Source of the DNA: an uncultured Bacteroidales bacterium
GTDB lineage: Bacteria; Bacteroidota; Bacteroidia; Bacteroidales; JAADJA01
DNA: 64,000 nucleotides
Assembly (NCBI GenBank): GCA_963749345.1
Contig: CAVVMO010000004.1
Span: 135,187 to 199,186, forward strand
Reading direction: 5' to 3'
Made by a program: the position numbers and the translations under genes. Below are positions 1-10,745 of the stretch, in pieces. Each line of letters starts with the position of its first letter. The first letter of the stretch is position 1. The notes below the pieces were generated by a model. That model was given only the letters and a program-made list of their open reading frames with translations. It made no database searches and was not told where the DNA came from.

Positions 1-1
1 T

Positions 2-1168
2 TACATTGTAGTCGGAATATTCAGTGCTGAGGCATCTCTGGATGGGAGAATAAAGGTCTTCGGTGTCGATTTCAACGATGGTCATGACCCACGCGGCCGA
101 ATCAGTAAACTCTGCCGTGGTGGGAAGGCCGCGATAAATAAAATGCGAAACCCAATTGCCTTCTTTGGTTTCCCATCTTACGTCGCTGGCATTCGTAAAC
201 CGGCCGTTGAATTTTTTAGCAACTTCTACCGGAATGTCTACCGTCAACAGGAATTGATTCTTTAACTCCTCGTCCCGGTTGGCTTTGATCAGTCTACCTG
301 TTTTGTCGAAAAACAATTCAAATTCAAGTGGCTTGAATTGCCCTTTTTGAAATCTTTCAAGCTTTACATAATATATGTCCGGCTGATCGACAACGGAAAC
401 TTTTTCTGCAATGATCAGCTCATCATCCCAATGGTTTTCTTTAATATATTTTAGGATTCCTTCACTGAGTGATTTTTCATCAAACTCAATCCGGGTTTCA
501 ATCCATGCTCCGCTGGATTGAAATTTGGCACGCGTTACCCGCTCTTTGTAAAGAAAAGTAGCCAGATAGTTGGTTGAGTCAATCGAAATTTTAACTTTAG
601 TCCAGACTATTTTTTCAGCACGGGGAAACCGTATTTGCCATGCGTCGATCACTGCAGCAGGCGTATCAGAATTCGGGTTATCAATACCCACCACTGTCAT
701 TTGCTGAACACCTTCAGGAGTTTTTACCTGATCGATATTTCCTGTTTTATCGAAAAACAATTCAAAGATATAGGGTTCTTTGCGGTCTTTCTCCTTACGG
801 GCAACTTGTACATAATAATAATTCTTCTTATCTGCCCTGGTCGCTTGTTCGGCAAGGACTACTTTGTCTTTTTTAAAGTTCTCATTCAGGTATCTTTCAA
901 CAGGCGGATAGAGTGCTTTTATATCCATATCCGTTACAGTCTGAACCCATTCGCCTTCGGGTGTGTATTCAGCATAAGTTCCTCTTCCGCGATAGAAGCA
1001 GTCGACTTTGTAGTTGTTATCTACTTTAGACCATGAAACATTTTCGGCACGAAGAAATTTTTTGCTGAAATTTTTTTGAACTATATCCGGTATGTTTTTG
1101 TCAAAAGAAGCCTGACCAAAGGATACAAGCATTATTACCGCCAGGAAAATACTTAAAAATGATCTCAT
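2..1168 (-). CDS. Secreted protein with tandem PepSY-like (BLIP-like) repeats; 3' end runs off the window
   Basis: Not in the ORF track because there is no stop in the window. Manual translation from ATG 1168 gives MRSFLSIFLAVIMLVSFGQASFDKNIPDIVQKNFSKKFLRAENVSW..., a signal peptide followed by at least three ~145-aa units (P..V...F...F..A..V.W ... A.F...G.W..T ... FELFFDKTG). Confidence 0.8.
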   Translation of the reverse strand, partial: MRSFLSIFLAVIMLVSFGQASFDKNIPDIVQKNFSKKFLRAENVSWSKVDNNYKVDCFYRGRGTYAEYTPEGEWVQTVTDMDIKALYPPVERYLNENFKKDKVVLAEQATRADKKNYYYVQVARKEKDRKEPYIFELFFDKTGNIDQVKTPEGVQQMTVVGIDNPNSDTPAAVIDAWQIRFPRAEKIVWTKVKISIDSTNYLATFLYKERVTRAKFQSSGAWIETRIEFDEKSLSEGILKYIKENHWDDELIIAEKVSVVDQPDIYYVKLERFQKGQFKPLEFELFFDKTGRLIKANRDEELKNQFLLTVDIPVEVAKKFNGRFTNASDVRWETKEGNWVSHFIYRGLPTTAEFTDSAAWVMTIVEIDTEDLYSPIQRCLSTEYSDYNV

Positions 1169-1391
1169 ATTAATATTTAGTTTGTTATACTTTATTAATT
1201 TAAAAAATCCAACTATAATTGGTTTTATACTTCAAATCTGCAATAAAGTTTACAAAAACATATAAATCTTTAGAAGAAATTTTATTTCATCTAAATTGAT
1301 AAAAAACTATTTAATCTTCAATAAGAAAAACAAATACTGAAAGATTTTTCTCTCAAAAACAATGGAGAGGTTAGTAACCTTATTTACCAAT

Positions 1392-2681
<1,290 letters not shown>

Positions 2682-2834
2682 TTAACCAGAAATAAAAATT
2701 TGAAATGCGACAGAGAAGTATTCAATTTACTATCTAAAAATTTATATCTTAATACAAAAGATTCATGGCTAAAATAACCATAAAAAGAAATCGTACTAAA
2801 ATACACTAAAAATCTATTGGTTTTATTTCCAAAT

Positions 2835-3275
2835 TTATTTTTTGCCGCCGTAAAAAGTTAGGGAATGGTGACTGATTTTTACTCCGAGTTCTTTTTCAAC
2901 GGTATTTTTAATTTGTTCAACCCTGGCATCACAGAACTCAAGGACTTCGCCCGAACTGAGGTTGATGAAATGATCGTGCTGTTTGAATCTGAATGATTTT
3001 TCAAACTGTGCGCAATTATTTCCAAACTGGTGCTTGGTAACAAGGTTGCAATCGAGCAAAAGCTCAATGGTGTTGTAAAGAGTAGCCCGGCTGACTCTGT
3101 ACTTATTGTTCTTCATTCTGATATAAAGGGTTTCAATATCGAAGTGGCCTTCAGTTGAGTATATTTCCTTTAGAATGGTATACCTTTCTGGTGTTTTACG
3201 ATTCCCTTTACCTTCAAGATAGTCGGTAAATATTTTTTTTATGGTTTCAAAGGTGTCCTTGTTAGAGGTCTTCAT
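2835..3275 (-). CDS. fur: Fur family transcriptional regulator
   Basis: [33 protein letters not shown] motifs. Confidence 0.9.
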   Translation of the reverse strand: MKTSNKDTFETIKKIFTDYLEGKGNRKTPERYTILKEIYSTEGHFDIETLYIRMKNNKYRVSRATLYNTIELLLDCNLVTKHQFGNNCAQFEKSFRFKQHDHFINLSSGEVLEFCDARVEQIKNTVEKELGVKISHHSLTFYGGKK

Positions 3276-3508
3276 TGATCTGAAATTATTTAATCACAAT
3301 TATATTAACAATAAAACATGTGAGAGGATCATTTGTTTAATCCTGCACTTTTCAATTGAAAGTCAAAATAAAATGCAGTAAATTTCGAAGGCTAAAAATA
3401 GAAAAATTTTCTTTATTAGTATTTGGAATAAATAAAAATAAATTATTAGTGCCCTATCAATTAAAATCTGCGTGAAAGTAAAGCATGGTTTTGTGGTGCA
3501 AGCAGACC

Positions 3509-5746
3509 CTAAAGAGTATTTATCCTGTCGATTTTCTTTATGTCGGGGAGTTCTTTAATGTGCCGGATCAAATTGGTAAGATTCTCGGTACTGTAAGCAT
3601 AAAGCATAATTGAAGCCTCAATCATACCTCCCTGGCTTTCGAGATGAAAGGATTTAATATTCAGGTCAAAAGTTTCAGTGATGATTTTAATAATGTCGTT
3701 GATAAACCCCTTTTTATCAATTCCACTAATCTTAATTCCTGTCATAAATCCAATCGATTCCTTGTCATTCCATTTTGTCCGGATAATTTTATTTCCATAT
3801 TTCGACATCTGTCCTACTGCAACTGAACAATTGGTCCGATGAATTACTATTGCATCGTCTGTCTTTATGAAACCAACGATTTCATCACCAGGAATCGGGT
3901 TACAGCAATTTGCAATGTCATAGCTGATCTTCTGGATCTTTTTCAGATCCTTTTGCTGATCATCCCCTTCTCTCAGATTATCGAGTACCGTTTCGGTTAA
4001 TGTTTTGTGGTCAACAGGTCTTGATTTCCCAAACGGTATCTTTATCACTTTACTGAACCAGCTTTCTTTATCAACAACTCCGCAACAGTCTTTTAGCTCC
4101 TTCAGTCCGATCAAATCCTGCGCAATATCATAATACAAATCAATCGTACTGATATAATTATATTTCTGCTGAAGTAACTTTAAATTGACACTATTTAACT
4201 CTATGTTGAGTTGTTCAGAATATTCCTTAAGCTTGCTCTTTCCTGCTTCAACGAATTTCTTCTTTTCTTCTTTGATGGCAAATTTTATTTGGGTCCTGGC
4301 ACGGGCAGTAACCACATACGTAGACCATTCAGCTTTCGGAAACTGCTTTTTGGAAGTTAATATTTCCACCTGGTCACCACTTTTTAATTTTTGGTTCATA
4401 GGAGCTAACTTATGGTTTACCTTGGCTCCAATGCAGGTATTTCCAATCTCGGAGTGGATGGCGTAAGCAAAATCCAGTACTGTGGAACCGGCGGGTAAGT
4501 TTCGTAATTCGCCGTTTGGTGTAAACAAATAGATCTCGTGAGTAAACAAAAAACCCTGGAAATCGTCGATAAAGCCAAGAGCGCTTGAGTCATTGCTTTG
4601 GAGCATGTCCCGGATGCGCCCGAGCCAATTGTTAATATTGGCTTCAGAAACACCGCCTGATCCATCTTTATATCTCCAGTGAGAAGCATATCCTTTTTCA
4701 GCAATTTCGTCCATTCGTTTACTTCTGATCTGCACTTCTACCCATTGACCCTCTGTACTCATTACTGTGGTATGAAGGGCTTCATAACCGTTGGCTTTAG
4801 GAATGGAAATCCAATCACGTAAACGGTCAATATTCGGCCGGTAATGATCCGTAATGATGGAATAAACTCTCCAGCAATCTACTTTTTCCGTTTCGCGCGG
4901 AGTATCAATGATAATTCTGATGGCAAACAGATCATAAATTTCTTCCATGGGAACTTCCTTTTTCTTCATTTTGTTCCAGATAGAATATATGGATTTATCC
5001 CTTGAAATTATTTCGTAAGTAAACTGCTGCCGGCTCAGTGTCTTTTTTATAGGATAGACAAACTTATTAATGAACCTTTTTCTTTCCTTGAAAGTATTCT
5101 TAAGCTTTTCAAAAATAGAAGCATAAATTTCAGGCTCAGTATATTTCATCGCCAAATCCTCGAGCTCCGTCTTGATGGCATACAAACCAAAACGATGAGC
5201 AAGGGGCGCGTATAAAAAGGTAGTTTCTGAAGCTATTTTCAATTGCTTATCAGGAGGCATGACATCAAGGGTGCGCATATTGTGCAACCTGTCAGCAATT
5301 TTAATCAGGATCACCCTTACATCATCCGACAGGGTTAAAAGCATCTTTTTAAAATTCTCTGCCTGCATCGAGGCGGAGTTAGTATCGAAAATTTCCTTGA
5401 TTTTTGTCAACCCATCAATGATTCTGGCAACTGAAGGACCAAACATTTTTTCAATATCACTCAGGGTATATTCAGTATCTTCCACAACATCATGAAGCAA
5501 AGCACATATAACAGAAGTCTTGCCTAATCCGATCTCACCCGCTACGATCCGGGCTACTTCGATGGGATGGTAAATGTAGGGTTCTCCCGTTCTGCGTCGC
5601 ATATCCTTGTGGGCATCCACTGCAATATCAAAAGCTTTGCGAAGCATTTTTTTATCTTCCGGCTTATCGGGGCTCCATTCCCGGAGCAGGTTCCGATAGC
5701 GGCTTATGATAGCTTTATTTTCCTGAATTGTATCCGGGATAAACAT
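3509..5746 (-). CDS. relA: Bifunctional (p)ppGpp synthetase/hydrolase (RelA/SpoT, HD-SYNTH-TGS-ACT)
   Basis: RRTGEPYIYHP, LLHDVVED, KIADRLHNMRTL, PKANGYEALHT, TGS (DFAYAIHSEIG), CCNPIPGD. Confidence 0.95.
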   Translation of the reverse strand: MFIPDTIQENKAIISRYRNLLREWSPDKPEDKKMLRKAFDIAVDAHKDMRRRTGEPYIYHPIEVARIVAGEIGLGKTSVICALLHDVVEDTEYTLSDIEKMFGPSVARIIDGLTKIKEIFDTNSASMQAENFKKMLLTLSDDVRVILIKIADRLHNMRTLDVMPPDKQLKIASETTFLYAPLAHRFGLYAIKTELEDLAMKYTEPEIYASIFEKLKNTFKERKRFINKFVYPIKKTLSRQQFTYEIISRDKSIYSIWNKMKKKEVPMEEIYDLFAIRIIIDTPRETEKVDCWRVYSIITDHYRPNIDRLRDWISIPKANGYEALHTTVMSTEGQWVEVQIRSKRMDEIAEKGYASHWRYKDGSGGVSEANINNWLGRIRDMLQSNDSSALGFIDDFQGFLFTHEIYLFTPNGELRNLPAGSTVLDFAYAIHSEIGNTCIGAKVNHKLAPMNQKLKSGDQVEILTSKKQFPKAEWSTYVVTARARTQIKFAIKEEKKKFVEAGKSKLKEYSEQLNIELNSVNLKLLQQKYNYISTIDLYYDIAQDLIGLKELKDCCGVVDKESWFSKVIKIPFGKSRPVDHKTLTETVLDNLREGDDQQKDLKKIQKISYDIANCCNPIPGDEIVGFIKTDDAIVIHRTNCSVAVGQMSKYGNKIIRTKWNDKESIGFMTGIKISGIDKKGFINDIIKIITETFDLNIKSFHLESQGGMIEASIMLYAYSTENLTNLIRHIKELPDIKKIDRINTL

Positions 5747-5770
5747 CTGATTTAGTAAATTGAATCAACG

Positions 5771-5778
5771 CAAAATTA
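5771..5778 (-). promoter_or_regulatory. Bacteroidota sigma-A -7 box for relA
   Basis: TAATTTTG on the minus strand, about 25 nt upstream of the ATG. Confidence 0.6.
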
Positions 5779-5929
5779 AATTAAAGTACGCAATAATTGC
5801 ACTTCGCCTTGATTAAATAAATTTTAGTGAATAGCCGTACAAATAATCAGTCAAGTGCCTCGTTATAGCTAAATGAAAATTATGTGTATTTTTGATCGGG
5901 TTATCCTGCTTTGAATTTTGAACGACAAG

Positions 5930-8532
5930 ATGAAAATATTTTTTTACACCCTTTTTCTTATTTTTTTCCACTCTCTTGCTTTCGCAACTCATGAAAGAGC
6001 AGGTGAAATTATTTATGAACACATTGATGGACTCAAATACAAGGCTACCATCATTACCTATACTTATTCACCAAGTCCGGCCGACCGTCCGCAATTAACA
6101 CTTATGTGGGGCGATGCAACAGCATCCGTGCTTGACCGGACGGAAAAAATACCCATTACTGAAATTATTCAGCGCAACGTTTATGTGGGTGAACATACTT
6201 ATGCCGCCCCCGGAATTTTTAAATTGGCTATCGAAGATCCAAACCGGAATTACGGTATTGTTAATATTCCAAATTCTGTCAATATTCCATTTTATATTGA
6301 AACGGAGTTAATTATCAATCCTTTTTTAGGTAACAACAGCTCTGTAGTATTGCTGAATCCACCTTTGGATTTCGGATGCATTAACCGCGTTTACATTCAT
6401 AACCCCGGCGCCTATGATCCTGATGGAGACAGCCTTTCATACAAACTTACCATTTGCAAAGGTGCAGGTGGACAACCTGTTCCGGGTTATATTTTTCCGC
6501 ACCTGGTGGATCAGGGAAATCCGGGGAGCTTTAGTATTAATGCCTATAATGGTGATTTGATCTGGGATAGCCCAACATTACAGGGAGAATATAATGTTGC
6601 TTTCATCATCGAAGAGTGGAGGTTCGGGCAAAGAATTGGATATGTAACAAGGGATTTACAAATCCAGGTTGTCGCCTGTTCCAATAATCCACCTGAAATC
6701 ATTACCATTTCAGATACCTGTATCAATGCGGGTGATTCATTGTTTTTCCAGGTTACAGCCACAGACCCTGATGGTGACCAGGTTAAGTTATCAGCAACCG
6801 GAAGTCCTTTTCTACAAGCAGAATCTCCCGCTGTAATGGACCCAAATCCTGCCATTGGAAATGTGAATGCAATTGCTCAGTTTCATTGGAAAACTGTTTG
6901 TTCACATGTATTAAAGAATCCCCATCCTGTTTATTTTAAAGCCATCGACAATGACCCAATAGTAAGCTTAAGCAGCTATAAAACTTTATATATTAAAGTT
7001 GTTGGACCCGCTCCGCAAAATCCACTTGCCACTTCGTTGGGTAACTCGATAATTCTTAGTTGGGAAAAAAATGGTTGTGATAATGTTAAAGGGTATTTTA
7101 TTTACCGTCGGAAATCCTATTACGGATTCTTCCCCGGCCATTGCGAGGTTGGAGTTCCGGAATATACCGGTTATACAAAAATTTCCGAAATTGACGGAGC
7201 AGATAATCTTTCCTATACTGACAGTGAAAATGGTAATGGGCTGATACCCGGAATTCAGTATTGTTATATGATCACAGCCATTTTTTCGGATGGTGGAGAA
7301 AGTTATGCCACTGAAGAAGTTTGTGCTTTGTTGAAAAGGGATCTGCCAATAATAACAAATGTTAGTATAATTTCAACAGATGGTAACGATGGTTCTGGTT
7401 ATATCGCCTGGGCAAAGCCTACAGAGCTGGACACTATTCAAATTCCAGGACCCTATGAATACCAGTTGTACCGTAAAGACAATTCACAAGGGTCCACATT
7501 TAACCAGGTTGCTGTATTCAACTCACTCAACGATACCACTTACAATGATGGTTCAATTAATACCAGAGATTTGCAGTTCAGATACCGTGTTGACCTGCTG
7601 ACAAAAAACCCCGATAATCCTTTTTACATCGGATCGACTGTGGCTGCTCCTTCCATTTTTATTTCGATTGAACCTACAGATAAGGCTTTGCAATTAAACT
7701 GGAACAACGATGTTCCATGGATCAATGATACTTTTGAGGTTTACAGAAAAATCCCTTCGGTATCTTCCGATTTTGAATTGATAGGAACTTCTCTGACTCC
7801 TGATTATTTAGACACAGGGTTGGAGAATGGTAAAGAATATTGTTACAAAGTTAAATCTATTGGCAGGTATTCTGCTTTGGGACTAGTTGATCCGATTATT
7901 AATTTTTCTCAGGAAAATTGTGGCTTTCCAATTGATAAAGTCCCTCCATGCCCACCGGCATTAAAGGTTGAAATTAATTGTGAAGAATTGGTTAATTATT
8001 TGACATGGTAGCCTTACCCGGATACTTGTCAGGCAGAGATTCAGTTTATTTTAAAGTTTATTATGCACCATCCGAAGATTCTGATTATTCCTTGTTTCTA
8101 CCACCGGACCGGATGTTTTTGAATATACATTTTCAACTACCCCTCCTTCAGTGGTAGGGTGTTTTAGCGTTACAGCCCTTGATACTATGAATAACGAAAG
8201 TCACTTTCAGTAATGTTGTATGTATTGATATTGATGCTTGTGGCGCTATTTGGTTTCCAAATGTTCTGACACCCAATAGTGATGACTTTAATGATTTTTT
8301 TCAGGCCGATTCGATAAATTCTGTAAAACAATTCCGATTGACAATATTTAACCGCTGGGGGACAGTTGTCTACGAAACGGAAGATCCTTTTTTTAAATGG
8401 GATGGAAAAGACCAGAGCAACAACAGGGATTGCAGTCCGGGAGTCTATTTTTATGAGGGGCTGGTATCCGTTTATACTTTAAGAGGACCCATTGATAAAA
8501 AAGTACAGGGCTCTGTAACATTGTTACGATAA
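5930..8532 (+). pseudogene. T9SS type-B (gliding-motility-associated CHU_C) CTD protein with FN3-like domains, interrupted near 8009-8210
   Basis: Starts with a signal peptide followed by ATHERAGEI. The C-terminal FPNVLTPNSDDFNDFF...IFNRWGTVVYE...GVYFY...GSVTLLR lies beyond an in-frame TAG (8009-8011) and about three frameshifts. These may be sequencing errors rather than true pseudogenisation. A TATTTTTG box is at 5887-5894. Confidence 0.8.
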
Positions 8533-8535
8533 AAA

Positions 8536-8558
8536 AAGGAGGGTGAAATTCCCTCCTT
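8536..8558. terminator. Intrinsic terminator hairpin between convergent genes
   Basis: AAGGAGGG-tgaaatt-CCCTCCTT with a 5' A-tract (U-tract on the minus strand). Confidence 0.75.
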
Positions 8559-8580
8559 CTTACAATATATTTCCTAAATT

Positions 8581-9585
8581 CTATTTATCAAATTTCATTA
8601 TCAGGCCGATCAGGTCAACAACCCGGTTTGAATAGCCCCATTCATTATCATACCAGTTCAATGTTTTAATGACACGCTTGCCTAAAACTCTTGTAAACTC
8701 GGGATCATAAATAGATGAATACGAGTTCCCCACGATATCAGATGAAACTAATTTTTCTTCAGAATACAATAAAACATGTTTCATCCGCTCCGTTTTTGAA
8801 GCCATTCTGACGGCTGCATTTACTTCATCCACTGTAACATTTCTTTCCACTTCAACAACCAAATCTACAATGGAACCATCAGGAACCGGAACACGACAAG
8901 CCATTCCATCCAATTTCCCCTTAAGCTCCGGCATTACTTTACCTACGGCTTTTGCAGCACCGGTGGTTGTAAGGATTATGTTTTCAGCAGCGGCACGCCC
9001 ACGCCGCCAGTCTTTATGAGGCACATCCGCCAAACGCTGATCATTGGTATAAGCATGGGTAGTGGTCATTAATCCTTCGATGATCCCAAAATTATCATGA
9101 AGGACCTTGGCCATAGGGGCAAGGCAGTTAGTGGTACAACTTGCATTTGAGATAATTTTATGTTCCGGTTTCAGACCGTCTTCATTTACCCCAATTACAA
9201 CAGTGAAATCAATTTCATCTTTTGATGGAACTGTCAAAATAACCCTTTTTGCTCCTGCGTCAAGGTGGAGCTGCAGCGATTCACGCGAGCGGAAAATACC
9301 AGTTGCTTCAACAACAATATCTATCCCAAGTTCCTTCCAGGGTAAGGTTTTGGGATCCTTGATGGCAAGCATCTTCACAGTTTCGTTTGTAGTAATCAGG
9401 TCATCACCTTTAATTTTAATATCCTCACCAAAACCTTTCATAATGCTATCGTACTTGAGCAGATATGCCAGTACATCATTATCGAACAAATCATTTATTG
9501 CAACTACATCAATATCCTGTCTGCTATTTAAAATGCGGAATACAGACCTCCCAATTCTTCCAAATCCATTAATTGCTACTCTCAT
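8581..9585 (-). CDS. gap: Type I glyceraldehyde-3-phosphate dehydrogenase (catalytic residues intact)
   Basis: INGFGRIGR, INDL, SNASCTTNCLAP, THAYTNDQ, RVPVPDGS, WYDNEWGYS. Confidence 0.97.
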   Translation of the reverse strand: MRVAINGFGRIGRSVFRILNSRQDIDVVAINDLFDNDVLAYLLKYDSIMKGFGEDIKIKGDDLITTNETVKMLAIKDPKTLPWKELGIDIVVEATGIFRSRESLQLHLDAGAKRVILTVPSKDEIDFTVVIGVNEDGLKPEHKIISNASCTTNCLAPMAKVLHDNFGIIEGLMTTTHAYTNDQRLADVPHKDWRRGRAAAENIILTTTGAAKAVGKVMPELKGKLDGMACRVPVPDGSIVDLVVEVERNVTVDEVNAAVRMASKTERMKHVLLYSEEKLVSSDIVGNSYSSIYDPEFTRVLGKRVIKTLNWYDNEWGYSNRVVDLIGLIMKFDK

Positions 9586-10595
9586 TTTGAACCTCCTTTC
9601 CTGTCTGCTTTATCATAAGCTAATATTAATTCTTTAATTCTGGCTGCCATGGCAAATGCGCCATGATACCAGATAAGGTTTTTAACCATTCTGCCGGGTG
9701 AAAGCATGGTTGCTTTCTTATCAAATACAAGGGAATGTGGATTATCGATCACATCAGTCGATACAATTGGGTCATCAACTACCTGAATAATGTGGGGTAG
9801 CGATTTAGCGGCTTTTTCCATTACCTTATTAATGTCTTCAACTTTGACTTTGGTTTTAAGGCCAGTATTCAAATCGAGCAATGATCCGTTTGGAATCGGC
9901 ACATTAATTGCCGAACCCTCAACTTTTCCTATTAGTTCAGGCATAATGTTTTCAATCCATCTGGGCACGAGGGTGTCGAATGGTATGATGTTTTCAGCAG
10001 CTGAACGGCTTCTGCGGAAGTCTGTTCCTGCCTTGTCTCTTAAGGGTTGGTCTGATGTATAAGAATGCACTGTCGTAAACATAGCATAATCGATACCGAA
10101 ATTTTCGTCCAGAATTTTCAGCATTAAAGACGCTGCATTGGTTGTTGCTGAGCCCGCTGAAATCAATCTGTCAGAAGATTTAATAGTGTGATCATTCACA
10201 CCCTGAACCACAACCCGGTCGATCATATCGGTAGGTAAGGAAGTTAAAACAATTCTTTTGGCTCCGGCTTCGAGATGTTTTTGCATATCATTTTTGGAAC
10301 GGAATTGTGCTGTTCCATCAACAACAAAATCCACATCAAACATATCCCATGGAATTTTACCCGGCTCCCCGCCACCAATAAACCTCGCTTTACCATTGTT
10401 CGATACAAGGAAATTTCCTTCCATTTTAACTTTTGCCTTGCCTTTCGTTTCGGCTCCTACTAAATAACTTAAAATTTCAGGCTTTCCAAGGTCTGAAATC
10501 ACTACAACCTCTATCCGGTCGTCCTCCATGCACATCCTGTAGATATGCCTTGGTATTTCGCCGAATCCTTTTAATCCTAATCTGATTCTGTTCAT
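9582..10595 (-). CDS. GAPDH-like paralog lacking the catalytic Cys (candidate pseudoenzyme)
   Basis: Colinear with GAPDH along its full length (GLKGFGEIPR, HLEAGAKRIVLT, SAGSATTNA, VHSYTSDQ, RRSRSAAENIIP, PIVSTDVI). ATGA overlap with gap. Confidence 0.9.
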   Translation of the reverse strand: MNRIRLGLKGFGEIPRHIYRMCMEDDRIEVVVISDLGKPEILSYLVGAETKGKAKVKMEGNFLVSNNGKARFIGGGEPGKIPWDMFDVDFVVDGTAQFRSKNDMQKHLEAGAKRIVLTSLPTDMIDRVVVQGVNDHTIKSSDRLISAGSATTNAASLMLKILDENFGIDYAMFTTVHSYTSDQPLRDKAGTDFRRSRSAAENIIPFDTLVPRWIENIMPELIGKVEGSAINVPIPNGSLLDLNTGLKTKVKVEDINKVMEKAAKSLPHIIQVVDDPIVSTDVIDNPHSLVFDKKATMLSPGRMVKNLIWYHGAFAMAARIKELILAYDKADRKGGSK

Positions 10596-10704
10596 ATAAC
10601 TTTTCTTAAAATTAATTTTTTGTTTTTACTAAATATAGCAAAGTCATTTTCTCTTCCCAAAAGCAATTGCTTGAAATTAACGTTTGGTAAATTAAAAAAG
10701 CGTG

Positions 10705-10712
10705 CAAAGGTA
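10705..10712 (-). promoter_or_regulatory. -7 box for the gap-like/gap operon
   Basis: TACCTTTG on the minus strand, about 110 nt upstream of the paralog start. Confidence 0.55.
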
Positions 10713-10745
10713 AAAAATATCTGAAAATGGTATGTTAAAGAATTA

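Noticed and set aside
635-1036. Plus-strand ORFs 635-1036 and 640-876
   Set aside because: They are antisense shadows of the real minus-strand PepSY-like gene.
8009-8011. In-frame TAG as possible amber recoding (pyrrolysine or an alternative genetic code)
   Set aside because: relA, gap and others end normally at TAG, no pyl genes are present, and the adjacent frameshifts point to local sequence error.
9107-9637. 176-aa antisense ORF over gap, and the many similar short antisense or nested ORFs in the track
   Set aside because: They lie opposite or inside well-conserved genes and have no motifs of their own.
9582-10595. GAPDH paralog as erythrose-4-phosphate dehydrogenase (Epd) or a decaying pseudogene
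   Set aside because: Epd keeps the SCTTN cysteine. This ORF is full-length with no stops or frameshifts and shows selective retention of interface motifs.
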